Assembly: GCA_016699425.1 (NCBI GenBank)
Contig: CP064975.1
Coordinates: forward strand, 194,979-258,978
Direction: 5' to 3'
DNA: 64,000 nt
Source: Candidatus Moraniibacteriota bacterium
GTDB taxonomy: Bacteria > Patescibacteriota > Minisyncoccia > Moranbacterales > UBA1568
A program made the position numbers and the translations under genes. Under the pieces are notes generated by a model. It saw only the letters and a list, made by a program, of their open reading frames with translations, did not search any database and was not told where the DNA came from. This document shows, piece after piece, positions 26,566 to 38,900 of this stretch. Numbering within the stretch: the first letter of the stretch is position 1; each line of letters starts with the position of its first letter.

Positions 26566-26820
26566 ATGTTCTATACCTATATACTGCTCAGTGAAAAAGA
26601 TGGGAAAATGTATACGGGGTATACGAAGGATTTGCAACTACGATTTGAGCACCACAGCAAAGGACTGGTTCCATCTACGAAAGATCGTCGACCGCTGAAG
26701 CTTGTTTATTACGAGGCATGTCTGAATCAGCAGGACGCTACACATAGAGAAAAGTATCTAAAAAGCTATAAAGGAAAGATGTTTTTGAGGAATAGGCTCA
26801 AATCGTATTTCACAGGGTAA
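26566..26820 (+). CDS. GIY-YIG nuclease-superfamily small protein
   Basis: MFYTYILLSEKDGKMYTGYTKDLQLRFEHH matches GIY-YIG (YVY.L....G..Y.G.T.N...R...H). 84 aa. Confidence 0.7.
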   Translation: MFYTYILLSEKDGKMYTGYTKDLQLRFEHHSKGLVPSTKDRRPLKLVYYEACLNQQDATHREKYLKSYKGKMFLRNRLKSYFTG

Positions 26821-26823
26821 ATT

Positions 26824-27876
26824 ATGTCACTCAAAGTCGGAATTGTTGGATTACCAAATGTAGGCAAATCGACTTTGTTCAAGGCGCTCACGCGGAAGAG
26901 TGTGGATATCAACAATTATCCGTTCTGCACGATCGAGCCCAATGTCGGTATCGTGGAGGTGCCGGACGAGCGGCTCGGCAAGCTCGCGGCGTTTTCCCAG
27001 ACGAAGAAAATCGTGCCGGCCGTCATCGAGTTCGTCGATATCGCAGGCTTGGTAAAAGGCGCGTCGGAGGGGGAGGGGCTCGGCAACAAGTTCCTGGCGA
27101 ATATCCGCGAGGTGGATGCGATCGTCGAGGTCGTGCGTGTCTTCCAGAACGACGACATCATCCATGTGCACAATCAGATCGATCCAGTGAGCGATATCGA
27201 AGTCATCAATACCGAGCTCATGCTGGCCGATCTGGAGACCGTGACGAAGCGGAAACTGAAGACGGTCAAGGAAACCAGGACCGGGAGTAAAGAGGCGATC
27301 GCCGAGCTCGCGCTCCTAGAACGTCTCGAAGCCGAGCTCGCGGCGGGCCGTCTCACACACGACTTAGTGGCGACGCTGACCGATGAGGCTGAAATCGCCA
27401 TCGCTCGGGGCCTGCAGCTCCTCACTGCCAAGCCGTTTCTCTATGCGTATAATGTCTCGGATATCGAGGCCGTGCTCCCGGCTGTGCTCGAAGAAAAACC
27501 GCACGTGTTGCTTGATATCAAGATCGAAGAAGAGCTGATCGAGCTCTCTCATGCGGAGGCAGCCGAAATGGGGCTCGTCTCGCACCTACCCGACCTGATC
27601 CGGCGGGCGTATGCCTTGCTCGGGCTGATGACGTACTTCACGACGGGTGAGGTGGAGACGCGGGCCTGGACGATACCTCAGGGTTCGACGGCACCCCAGG
27701 CGGGGGCGGCGATACACGGTGACTTCGAGGAGCGTTTCATCCGCGCCGAAGTCATCCACTGGGAGAAGCTCCTCGAAGCGGGGAGCTATGCGGCAGCCCG
27801 GGAACAGGGCCAGGTCCGGCTCGAAGGCAAGGAGTATATCGTGGCGGACGGTGACGTGATCATTTTCAAGATTTGA
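26824..27876 (+). CDS. ychF: ribosome-binding ATPase YchF (Obg-like)
   Basis: [23 protein letters not shown]...[12 protein letters not shown]...C-terminal TGS-like domain [12 protein letters not shown]. Confidence 0.93.
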   Translation: MSLKVGIVGLPNVGKSTLFKALTRKSVDINNYPFCTIEPNVGIVEVPDERLGKLAAFSQTKKIVPAVIEFVDIAGLVKGASEGEGLGNKFLANIREVDAIVEVVRVFQNDDIIHVHNQIDPVSDIEVINTELMLADLETVTKRKLKTVKETRTGSKEAIAELALLERLEAELAAGRLTHDLVATLTDEAEIAIARGLQLLTAKPFLYAYNVSDIEAVLPAVLEEKPHVLLDIKIEEELIELSHAEAAEMGLVSHLPDLIRRAYALLGLMTYFTTGEVETRAWTIPQGSTAPQAGAAIHGDFEERFIRAEVIHWEKLLEAGSYAAAREQGQVRLEGKEYIVADGDVIIFKI

Positions 27877-28053
27877 CAGGATGTTTTTTCTCTGGCGACA
27901 TCCGTGGTATACTTTTTGCAAGTAGCTGACTGCGGCGGCATAGCCTCCTAGTTATTGTTTGTGAGTTGTCGCATTTTCCATATTCATCAAACCGCTTTTC
28001 TCACGCCGTGGTCGTGAGGGAGCGTAAACAAAGAAAAAATAAACAAAAATAGT

Positions 28054-31000
28054 ATGCTGGCGAAATTTTTCCTGGGAGTAGCGTTTGTCCTCGCGCTTCC
28101 ATTGACGGGGGTGATAGCGGCCGAACCCGCTGCCGAGGTCGCGGCCACGGAAATCACGGATGCAAAGATGGCCGATACCGAGGTCACCGTGACCGCTTTT
28201 GATATCCTGGAAAACGATACCGTCGAGATCGGTTTTGAGCTCGAAAATCGATCGAGTGCGGCGGTGGACCTCCGCTATCGGCTCGAAGTCGTGGCGACCG
28301 GTGACGCTGGCTCGCAGGGCGCGACCGACGTGACCGAGTACAAGACGCTCCGGATCGCTCCGCATGGAGTCGTGCGTGAGCGTTTCAGCTATACGGCTCC
28401 GGTGTATGCTGATGGCCAGCAGGAACTCCACCTGACGGTCAAGTCGGCGGCGGGGTTCCCCTTGGCTGGTACGCTCGTCGGGACAGCATCGTTCACAGGC
28501 ACTCCGATTCCAGTGACCTTTGGGAATTGTCAGTTGATGGACGGAAAGTCGGGCATCACCGTCGCAGCAGGGTTGCCTTCGCTCATCACCTGTACGCTCC
28601 GGAGCACGGCTGAAGCGGACCAGACGATGCTCTTATCGGGTGACTTGTCGCTCTGGGGTGAGGAGACCGCGGATCGACCAGTGGTGACCACGGATGTAAA
28701 CCTCGAACCAGGAAAGGACACATCCGTCACGCTCGCTTTCCCGCCACTCACAGCAGCTGGCCGGTACGAAGGCCGGGTGTATCTCGGTAATCCATCTACG
28801 CGACTCTCGCCTGTCACGGACTTTGTGGTGCAAGTCGCGGGTGACAGCGCTCATATCACGCAGGTCACGCTCGACCGTGACGCCTATACTCCAGGTGAGA
28901 CAGCGACGGTGACGGCCACGATCCTCGCGACTTTGTCGGACCGGGAACACGCGACGGTGACCGCGACTCTGACCGATGAGTCAGGATCAGCCTGCGCCGC
29001 ACCTGTGACCCAGTCTTTGGGGAGTGGTATCGAGACCCTGGCGATCCCGGTCCAGGAGCGCTGTGTCAATCCGAAAGTAGCCCTCACGGTCGCTGCCTCA
29101 GACGGGACGACTCTGGATGAAGCGACAGCTACTCTGACGACTCCAGACTCGGGATCAGGATTTCCGACGGGGATGGCACTGGCCGCGCTCATCGTCGGCG
29201 TGCTCGGCCTCATCGCTCTCACTTGGTATCTCGTCTCGCGACAACGTCAGTCGTCACTGCCGCGCGGTTCGGCGCTCGTCCTCGCTCTCATGATCGCACT
29301 CGGCGGACTCCTATCGGCGGACATGGCCAAGGCGTCGACACTCTCTGGTGGTACCGGTATGCCGACGGACAATTTCCAGGTGAATGGAACGGGGACGGCT
29401 CTCATGTTCTATACTGGCAACTCCGGCATTTATAATGGGCAGATTACGATCTCGGGCCCGATGCGGGTCAATGGCTCTGTCGCGATGCCAACGGACAACT
29501 TCTCGATCATCGGGAGTGGGAACCGGATCAATTTCTATACCGGAAACTCCAGTAGCTTTGCTGGCGCACTCGTGGTGTCGGGCGGGACGGTCTCTGGATC
29601 TATCAGCTGTAATACGGATGCCTGGTCGACGACTGGCTCGAGCAATCGATGGAGTATAGCATGCAGTGGCCCTGGTGGAACGATCACCTTTACTGATACA
29701 GCACCGCCGGTGTGTGTGAATGGCGTCGGGCCGTATACGCCACCTCAGCCCCTCCCGAATGGGTATGACAATGCCTGGTGTCAGGCTCGGGGCTATGATG
29801 TATCGACCGATACCTGTCTCCCGGGTAACTGCGCTTGTACGCCCCCGCGGGTGTGGAATGGCACGATCTGTGCTGTACCGCCAGTGGGTATCGTGAATGG
29901 TGCATGTAGCATCAATTCAGCCCAGGTGACTCCCAACTTGACATTGCCGAGTCCGCCGGCTCCGCTGCTCCTCTGTAGTAGTGGCGCACCGTCATCGGTG
30001 ACATCGGGTACCCTTGAGGTCTATCCGCCAACTGGAGCATTCGCGCCGACCTTTTCATGGAGTTGTGTCGGATCGGGTGGCGGTACGAGCGCGGCTTGTT
30101 ATATGTTTCGGACATCGGCGATTCCGAACCCGGTGACGACCTTTACCGGGAGTTATGCTGGGCCACCAGCTGTGTCTGGTGCATCGGCACTCTATCTCCC
30201 GAGTGGTGGAGGCACGGTCACCCTCAATTGGAATGTGACCAATGCGGCTGGCGGGAGCTGTACTGGGTACTCATCGACAAATCTGCCAGGGTGGAGTTCG
30301 ACTGGGACGGCCGGCAAGCCAATCACGGGGTCGGCGACACTCACCGTCAATGCAATGACCCGTTTCGACCTCGACTGTCGGAATAGTTCCGGGACGATGG
30401 CGACGAGGAAAACCGTGAATGTGATGATTTACTCCGATGCCATCTGTCCGGCGAGTGCGACGCTCAATGTCGGGGATCCAGTGCTCCAGCTCAACTACTG
30501 GCGCCGATTGGATGGAGCACCCATTGACTGTACCAATCCGACCAGCCCAGCCGGTGCGAGCAATCTGACAGCCGATGCGAATGCGTCGTGGTCGAGCAGT
30601 CTCCCGGCGGTTGCGACGGTCACCACTGTAGCGCCCAAGGGGCGGGTGACGGCTGTCAGCGGCGGCGCGACGACGGTCTCAGTGACAGTTGCCGGGCGTG
30701 GTGTCGTGGCCTCGGCTCCGATCACCGTGAATGCCGCAGCAGCGCCACGGTATGTGATCTGCCCCAATGGCTCGACGTTGACGGTCGGAACGACCCAGCA
30801 GTTCCAACTCTGGAGGCATCCGACGACTGCGATAAACTGTAGCAACCTCGCAGGAGCGAGTGACATCACGAGCGCTGCGACGACACTCTGGAGGGAAGTA
30901 CCATTCGGGACTCCGATCATTACAGTGAATGATGGTGGGACCAAAGGGCTCGTTCGAGGTAACCAGGGTGGATCCTCGGCGGACGTCAGTGTGACGGATA

Positions 31001-31497
31001 GTGCGAGTCCGGCGGGCTCGGCCACGGTCACGGTGAGTGCGGCCCCAGCAGCGACCTATGCGATCTGTCCATCGGGCTCTCTAGCACTCAATACTACTTC
31101 CACGACGACAGTTCAACTCCGCCTCTGGCGTCGCGCCAATGGTACTCCTGTCACCTGCGTCGATACAACAGGAGCGACGGATATCACATCCAGCGGGACG
31201 ACGGGCTGGAGTAGCAGTAGCGGAAGTGTTGCCACGGTCAATAGCGGCGGGCTCGTCACTGCGGTAGCTGGCGGTGGCTCGACGATCTCAGCGACCGATA
31301 ATGGTGCGCCAGCCGGATCAGTCACGGTTACGGTGGTCGGCTGTACTGCGTACATCTGCACGACGCTCCCATCATCGGTGACGGATACGTACTGTCCGGG
31401 CGAATCCTTCACGACGAGTGACAACTGTAGCGGCACGATCTCTTGTTCAAATGGCACCCGATTGTGTGACTTCAATTGGAAGGAAGTCCAACAGTAA
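28054..31497 (+). CDS. large cell-surface protein: signal peptide, beta-rich N-domain, two internal TM segments, duplicated 'MPTDNF' module, Cys-rich region, three bacterial Ig-like (Big_2-type) repeats
   Basis: 1147 aa. MLAKFFLGVAFVLALPLTGVIAAEP signal. TM ALAALIVGVLGLIALTWYLV and LVLALMIALGGLL. Module ASTLSGGTGMPTDNFQVNG...SVAMPTDNFSIIG...FYTGNS is paralogous to CDS 31712..32749. Three repeats ICP.GS.L..G...Q..LW.R. Confidence 0.65.
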   Translation: MLAKFFLGVAFVLALPLTGVIAAEPAAEVAATEITDAKMADTEVTVTAFDILENDTVEIGFELENRSSAAVDLRYRLEVVATGDAGSQGATDVTEYKTLRIAPHGVVRERFSYTAPVYADGQQELHLTVKSAAGFPLAGTLVGTASFTGTPIPVTFGNCQLMDGKSGITVAAGLPSLITCTLRSTAEADQTMLLSGDLSLWGEETADRPVVTTDVNLEPGKDTSVTLAFPPLTAAGRYEGRVYLGNPSTRLSPVTDFVVQVAGDSAHITQVTLDRDAYTPGETATVTATILATLSDREHATVTATLTDESGSACAAPVTQSLGSGIETLAIPVQERCVNPKVALTVAASDGTTLDEATATLTTPDSGSGFPTGMALAALIVGVLGLIALTWYLVSRQRQSSLPRGSALVLALMIALGGLLSADMAKASTLSGGTGMPTDNFQVNGTGTALMFYTGNSGIYNGQITISGPMRVNGSVAMPTDNFSIIGSGNRINFYTGNSSSFAGALVVSGGTVSGSISCNTDAWSTTGSSNRWSIACSGPGGTITFTDTAPPVCVNGVGPYTPPQPLPNGYDNAWCQARGYDVSTDTCLPGNCACTPPRVWNGTICAVPPVGIVNGACSINSAQVTPNLTLPSPPAPLLLCSSGAPSSVTSGTLEVYPPTGAFAPTFSWSCVGSGGGTSAACYMFRTSAIPNPVTTFTGSYAGPPAVSGASALYLPSGGGTVTLNWNVTNAAGGSCTGYSSTNLPGWSSTGTAGKPITGSATLTVNAMTRFDLDCRNSSGTMATRKTVNVMIYSDAICPASATLNVGDPVLQLNYWRRLDGAPIDCTNPTSPAGASNLTADANASWSSSLPAVATVTTVAPKGRVTAVSGGATTVSVTVAGRGVVASAPITVNAAAAPRYVICPNGSTLTVGTTQQFQLWRHPTTAINCSNLAGASDITSAATTLWREVPFGTPIITVNDGGTKGLVRGNQGGSSADVSVTDSASPAGSATVTVSAAPAATYAICPSGSLALNTTSTTTVQLRLWRRANGTPVTCVDTTGATDITSSGTTGWSSSSGSVATVNSGGLVTAVAGGGSTISATDNGAPAGSVTVTVVGCTAYICTTLPSSVTDTYCPGESFTTSDNCSGTISCSNGTRLCDFNWKEVQQ

Positions 31498-31711
31498 GTT
31501 TAAGTCGCAACCAGAGTGAAGCGGCATTCCGCAGTGCTGCCTCACTCAGTGGCTGGGCCCGACCACGCTGATGACTGGCCCAAGTCTGTATCGGACCAAG
31601 CACTGGGAACTATGCCTGTATAGATTCGCCACACAGTTTGTCATTGCGAGGGAGTCAGCGACCGTGGCAATCTTGAACCATGATGACAATGTACTCAAAG
31701 GCGTGAGCCCA

Positions 31712-32749
31712 ATGATGATGAAAACTCTGTCCTTGAAAACTAGCCTGATCGCGGTTGGCCTCATCCTGTGGAGTAGTGTCGCTATCGTCGATACGGCGTT
31801 TGCCTCGACTCTGTCTGGGGGGCCTTTGGTCATGCCGACGGACAACTTCCGGGTGGATGGCGTGGGCAACGGTCTCAATTTCTTCACGCACAATGTTGGG
31901 AATTATGTCGGGACGATTGCCCTCTCGGGCGCGATGCAGGTATATGGTTCGGTCGCGATGCCGACGGACAATTTCCGAATCTCCACTAACTCGAATCAAA
32001 TCGATTTCTATACGGGGAATTCCTTTAACTACGCAGGATCCTTATTTGTGACTGGGGGGACTGTCTCGGGATCTGCAACGTGCAATACCGACCAGTGGTA
32101 CGTGTCAGGGACGGGGACACATCTCATTGTCTCTTGTGATAGTGGCCCGGGTGGGGCGATGACGTTCACCGATACGCCGCCCATCTGCACTGATCCTCCC
32201 GGCGGACCGTACGACGATGCGTGGTGCCAGGGGTTGGGGTACGACTATTCGACGGATTCATGTCTTGGCTACTGTGCCTGTACAGCACCAAACGTGTGGG
32301 ATGGGGCGGACTGTGTCGCGGCCACGGGTCCGGTCCCCCCAGTGGTCGATCTGAAAGTGAATGGCTCGAACGGCCCCCTCAGTCTGGTCAGTGGTGCTAT
32401 GCGCAACTTCTCTTGGACTTCGGCCAATGCGACCAGTTGTACTGCCACCTCGGGCGATGGTTGGTCCGGTGCCAAGGCTACTTCTGGCGCTGAATCACTA
32501 CCCGCCAACGTTACTACTAGTCACATCTTGACCTGTACCGGTCCCGGCGGGATAAACTCCGACAGCGTCCAGGTCAATATCGCCTGCGTGCCCACCACCG
32601 GGGCGTATGGCGTCTGCAATTGCGCCACCGAGACTAAGTCTCGGACCAATACCAATGCGGCCTGTTTCCCGTGGACCGAGACGACAGCCTGTAGTGCCAG
32701 CGAGAAGGACCAGTGCCGCAATATCAACTGGCGGGAAGTCGAACAATAA
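31712..32749 (+). CDS. paralogous secreted/anchored protein sharing the 'MPTDNF' module and Cys-rich C-terminal part
   Basis: Internal start MMMKTLSLKTSLIAVGLILWSSVAIVDTAFA (signal/anchor). ASTLSGGPLVMPTDNFRVDG...SVAMPTDNFRIST...FYTGNS...CNTDQW...CSGPGG..TFTDT...AWCQGLGYDYSTDSC...C-terminal C..NWREVEQ, versus CDFNWKEVQQ in 28054..31497. Confidence 0.6.
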   Translation: MMMKTLSLKTSLIAVGLILWSSVAIVDTAFASTLSGGPLVMPTDNFRVDGVGNGLNFFTHNVGNYVGTIALSGAMQVYGSVAMPTDNFRISTNSNQIDFYTGNSFNYAGSLFVTGGTVSGSATCNTDQWYVSGTGTHLIVSCDSGPGGAMTFTDTPPICTDPPGGPYDDAWCQGLGYDYSTDSCLGYCACTAPNVWDGADCVAATGPVPPVVDLKVNGSNGPLSLVSGAMRNFSWTSANATSCTATSGDGWSGAKATSGAESLPANVTTSHILTCTGPGGINSDSVQVNIACVPTTGAYGVCNCATETKSRTNTNAACFPWTETTACSASEKDQCRNINWREVEQ

Positions 32750-32784
32750 CTGCCTGTTTACGCCGGAGCTTCGAACCACCTCAT

Positions 32785-32843
32785 CCACCTGACTGAGAGC
32801 CTATCGGGATAGGCGCTTAGAAAGACAGGTGGATTTATTTTTT
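32785..32843 (+). terminator. rho-independent terminator (compound hairpin plus T-run)
   Basis: CCACCTG...CAGGTGG outer stem with inner GCCTATCGGGATAGGC hairpin, followed by ATTTATTTTTT. Confidence 0.45.
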
Positions 32844-32978
32844 AGTGTGGTTTTTCGCCCGTCCGCGTGATAAAATGAAAGCAGATATCCGGTGGTAACA
32901 GCGCCCGGAAGTGTTGTGTTAGCGTGTACTTTGGTCATGGCCCGATCCCGAAAAAAAACAAACAAAATACGATCATAC

Positions 32979-35900
32979 ATGGCTGCCCTCTGGCGGAAGC
33001 AGATTGTCATCGCCAAGTGGCAGTTCAATGCTGTCAGTGTGTTCTTTCTCGGGCTCGGGGCATTGGCTGGGTTCTACTTGACGCTCTCGGGTGTCATCCC
33101 AAAGATCTTGGCGGCTGACACAACCGACACCTGGAATTTCACCGTCAGCGGTGACTATACTCCGTCGGATGCTGGTTTGGTAGAGGTTGCATCCTCGACC
33201 GGACGGCTGAAGGTGCGGAACTACGCTACGGATGGCAATACCGCTGCGCTGTATCATCTCGATGAGTCGAGCGGCAATGCCGCTGATAGTTCAGGGAACA
33301 ACAATACTGGGACAGTCGCCAACGGGACGTATGCGGCGGGCAGTCTGAACAATGCACTCGGGTTCAATGGTTCAACCTCGCTTTTCACGGCGGCCGATTC
33401 CAGCTCGCTTTCGCTTACCGGCAATTTCACCGTTGAGGCGTGGACGAAATTTGATTCGGCATTCAGTTCGACTTCGAATCGTAACCGCCAGGGAGTGCTC
33501 GATAAAGGGCCGTACCGATTGTATTACGATCATGAGACCGGAAAAGCGGTATTTGAGATGGCGCCATCGTCGGCCAATGATTGGGCTCAGGTCGCTGGCC
33601 CGGATATGCTCAATACCAACGGCGTGTCGATCAATGCCGAGATCAATAAAAGCTGGGATGCGAACAGTAAGAACTTTGTCTGGAAGCAGGTGGTCGTCGG
33701 GAGCGATATCTATGTCGCACTCGGCAGTGCGACGACCGGGACGACCGTGACGGGTGATGCGGAAGTCTGGAAGTGTACGGCGTGCGCGACGAGTCCGGTC
33801 TGGTCGAAAATCGGCGGTGATGGAATCAATTCGAGCTGGGCCGACGGTTTGTACGAAGACGCTTCATCAATCGTAACCGATGGAACAAATATCTATACCG
33901 GTATCGGTAATAGCTCGGGCGAAGCGGAAGTCTGGCGTTATGACGGTACGAACTGGACGAAGGTCGGTGGCGATACGGTCAACTCGAGTTGGCTCATCGC
34001 CGCCCCGGGTCCATATGAGCGTGTAACTTCGATGGTGGCGGACGGAACAACGATTTATGCGGGACTTGGAACCACAGCCAATGATGCTGAGGTCTGGCGG
34101 TGTACGAATTGTGATAGTAGTCCAACTTGGGCGAAGATTGGTGGTGATGGGACGGGTGCAGGTGGCCAATCATGGCCGGCTGGCTACGAAGACGTTACGG
34201 AACTTGCTATTGTCAATGGAACGATACTTGCGGTCGGACTTGGAACGACAGGAAACGACGGTGAACTTTGGACCTGTGCCACTTCTTCGTGCACCGTGAC
34301 GAGTGGTTGGACGAAACGCGGAGGAGACGCGAGTGGTTCTGGAGGGCAGTCTTGGACGAATACGATTGAAGAGGTTCGTTCAATAACCTCGAGTGGGACG
34401 GTCATTTATGTTGGCACGGGCTTTAGTGCTGGAGAAGCTGATGTCTGGCGCTGCGATCTCGGCGGTACCTGTACGACGACATCCGGCTGGACACAGGTCG
34501 GCGGTGATGGCTTGAATTCAGGCTGGGCAGCGAGCACCTATGAGCGTGTTTGGTCACTTCTGGCGAGTGGAACGACGGTCTATGCTGGACTTGGTGACAC
34601 AGCAGCCGATGCTGAAGTCTGGAGCTGTGCCAATTGTGCGACGACTCCGGTCTGGAGCAAACTCGGCGGCGACGGCACAGGCATCAGCGGCCAATCCTGG
34701 GGCAATACGTCCGGTGCATCATTCCTGTACGCATCCAGCCTTTCCCTTATCGGTACCAACCTGTTTGTCGGGGCGAGTTCGGGTGCGGGCACATCCGGTG
34801 CCGAGGTCTGGACCTGTGATACGGGTGCGACCTGCACCAATACCGCTGGCTGGACCCGAGTGGCGGGCAATTATCTGAACAAGAGCTGGGGGACATTCAA
34901 TCTCAACAGCGTTGAGAGTATGACCACAATCGGTGGCAAGCTCTATGCCGGGACGGGGTACGATACCGGTGCTGCGACCGCGAACGGTAATGCGCTGGTC
35001 TGGGAGTATGATGGAACAAACTGGACGATGATCGGTGGCCAAGGCATCAACAGCTCCTGGACCTACGGGCATCCGACGCTGACGACCGTGACGTATCGCT
35101 CGATCACATCGATGACGGGCTATAATGGCACGCTCATCGTGGGGCTTGGCGGCGGCACGAACGGCGATGCGGAAGTCTGGAGCTGGAACGGCACTACCTG
35201 GATCAAGATCGGCGGCGACGGGACTGGAACCGGCGGACAGAGCTGGGCGGCAGGGACGAAACGATCGGTGCCGGCGATGATGGTTGTCGGTTCGGTACTT
35301 TACGCGGGTCTCCAGGGAACAGCGGCAGGCGATGGCGAAATGTGGACCTGTGACTTGGCGGCGACGTGTACGACCACGGCTGGTTGGACGTTTCGGGGTG
35401 GCGATGCCACCGGCGCCGGCGGACAGAGCTGGAACAATACTACATTCGAAGCAGTGTGGAGTATGACCGCACGTGGCACGAACCTATATATCGGATTGGG
35501 GACGAGTGCAAATGATGCTGAAGTGTGGACTTGTGATACAGGAGCGACATGTACCCAAACAGTCGGTTGGACAAAGATCGGTGGAGACAGTATCAATTCT
35601 GGTTGGACTACGAATTATGAGGAGGTGTCAGCCTTGTCTTGGTACCGAGGCGAACTCTACGCAGGACTTGGTGCGAGTACGGGTGATGCCGAACTCTGGA
35701 AATGGAACGGGACGAATTGGGGTGGAGCACCGGTGGCGGGAGATGGATTGAACGGAGCTTGGTCAGACGCTCTCTACGAACGCGTGAAAGGGATCGTCAG
35801 TTATAACGGTGATCTGATCGTGGCACTCGGTGATAGCGCTGCCGGAGAGGGGGAGGTTTGGAAATTCGATACTACGACCTGGTCCCGTATCGGCGGCGAC

Positions 35901-38900
35901 GGATCAAATTCGGGTTGGACGAACATCGTAGAACGTATCAATGCGCTGCAGGTCTACAAGGGGAAATTGTATGCGGGGACCGGCTTTACCGCCAATAGTG
36001 ATGCGACGATATGGGCGTATGGGGATAACATCCGGCTTGAATCGACGACGACGAGTCAAGACACGAACTGGCATCATCTCGCGGTAGCCTATGACGGCAG
36101 TTCGATCGAGCTCTATATCGATGGCGTTCTGGATACTTCGATATCGACCAGTGCGACGATGCTTGATACGGTGCACCCACTGCTCCTTGGTTCTTTGTCG
36201 GGAAATAGTGGGGCTGAGAGAATCGCCGCTGGATTTAACGGCATGATCGACGAGGTGCGGATCAGTAATATTGCCCGCAGCTCATTCAATACGACACCAT
36301 ACACGAACACGCGCGTTGCCGTCCAGCCGTCCGCTGCTGTCCGTCTAGTCGGTACGCAGTCTTGGGATACTTTTTCAACAACAGAAACGGCGAATGGGGG
36401 GACAATCACGTATCGGCTGTCGGATGATGGCGGGACCACTTGGAAATACTGGGACGGTGCGGCTTGGGTCGCTTCTTCTGGATTCACTCAGGCCAATGAC
36501 GAAACGACCGTCAATACGAATATATCGACTTTTCCAGTCACTGAAGACGGTTTCCTCTGGCAGGCGGTCTTCTTGGGCGATGGGAATCAGCGCGTGACGT
36601 TGAATGAAGTGATCCTGGAATCCACCTCGGACCTCGTGGTGCCGGTCGAACCGAATGCACTCACGGCACTCGATCAATTCGGCGGGGCCGTGAACCTGAC
36701 GACGAATACTTGGTACACGTACACGGCGCCGTATTTCAGCTGGACAGGGGCGAGTGATGCCGGGTCCGGCATCGGTGGCTACTATGTGTATTTCGGTACC
36801 GACAATACGGCCGATCCGCAGACCGCCGGGACGTTTCAGCCAGCGAGCACCTTTACGCCCTCGGGCCTGACCAGTGGCACGACGTACTATCTCCGCATCC
36901 GGGCGCGGGACAATGCACAAAACGTCAGCCCGATTTACGCTGCGTTCATCTATCGGCTCGATACAACCGGGCCACAGAACCCGACCGGTGTAACAGTCGC
37001 TCCAACCGGTTACTCTTCGACCAATGACTTTACTTTTTTCTGGACGAATACGGCGAGTGATCCTGCCTCGGGCGTCGCGGGATATCAGTACCAAGTCGGC
37101 GCTACGGCCGCTCCTGGGAGCTGGTCTACGACTATCACGGCGACGAGCCTAAATCTCCCCGGTGCCGCCTATCAGACCGGCGAAAATCTCTTCCACCTGC
37201 GTACCATCGACTACGCCGGTAATGTCTCGAGCGTGAATGTCCAGGTGGCGTTCTATTATGCCGGAACAGGACCGACCGCACCGCAGAATGTCGACGTGTC
37301 GCCCGCATCAAACAGCCTCAACTCATTTGCGTTCTCTTGGGATGCACCGTCGAGTTACTCTGGCGATGCGAATGATCTCACCTACTGCTATACGGTGAAT
37401 ACGCTCCCATCAGAGATCACCTGCAGCTTCACGTCGGCAGGGGCGACGTCTCTCTCGGCGGCTGCGTTTGCGACGCAGGTTGGGACGAACACGTTCTATG
37501 TCGTCGCCAAAAATGCTGATGTCGTCGGCGGCGCAATCAATTATGGCGCCTATGGCAGCGTTTCATTCACGGCGAATACGAGCGCTCCGGGCATCCCGCT
37601 CAATGTCGAGATCGCGGATGTCTCGGTAAAGAGCACGAGCTCGTGGAAGATCGCGCTCTCATGGGAGCCACCGTCGACGGGTGCTTCATCAGTTCAGGAT
37701 TACGAGATCTTCCGGTCGACCGATGGGACGACGTATGCTGATGTTGCCTCGACGACCGGTATCGCGTTTGTTGATACGGGACTTCTGCAGCAGACGTACT
37801 ATTACAAGATCCGGGCCTGCGACAATGTCCACAACTGCGGCACCTTCAGCACGGCGGTTGAGCTCTTACCGTCCGGCCGTTTCACTACGGCGGCGGAGCT
37901 TTCTGCAGAACCGAAGGTTTCACTCATCACGACGCGCTCCGCGACCATCGGCTGGAGCACGGATCGCGCATCGGACAGCAAAGTGCAGTACGGCAAGAGC
38001 GCCCGGTCGTATTTCAGTGAAGAGCCGAGCAATTCCGATCAGCTGACCGAACATGAGATCAAGCTCTCGAACCTTTCGCCCGGTACGCGGTACTACTTCA
38101 AGGCGAAGTGGACGGATGAGGATGGGAATACCGGCGTCTCGACGGAGACCTCTTTCGAGACCCTGCCTGCGCCGACGGTCACCGATCCGCAGGCCAAGTC
38201 AATCGGCCTCTCCAACGTCGTGTTGGAGTTCACTGCCGAGGACGCGAACTCGGTGAAGATCTATTACGGGACGACCGCATCATTCGGAAGCGTGAAGGAG
38301 ATTGCAACTTCCACGACGAAGACGACTTACAATGTGACACTCGATAATTTGCTCGACGGGACCAAGTATTACTACAAAGTTAACACGCTCGATAGTGAGG
38401 ACGAAGAGTACGACGGGAGTATCCTCTCGTTCGAGACGCTGCCTCGTCCGAAGATCTCGAATGTCCGTATCCAGCAGGTGCGCGGATCGGCCCAGACCGT
38501 GATGCTCGTCTCTTGGGCAACCAATACCGAGACCTCGTCGATTGTGACCTATTATCCAGAGGGCAAGCCCGAGGAAAGCCGCGATGAAGTGAACGTGAAG
38601 TTGCAGAAAGGAGAACACAAAGTCATCGTGCGGAATCTCATCCCGCAGACACCCTATGTGCTCGTTGTTCGGGGCCGTGACAAGGCGGGCAATGAGGCAG
38701 AGTCTGATCCGCAGCGCTTCACGACCGCGACCGACACGCGTCCGCCGCAGGTCATCGATGTCAATATCGAGGGGACGGTCTCGACACAAACGGGTGATAA
38801 CACGGACGAACAAGCTGAAGCGCAGATCGTTGTTTCGTGGACGACGGACGAACAGTCGACTTCTCAGGTTGAATACGGGGAAGGGACCGGCACGAGCTAT

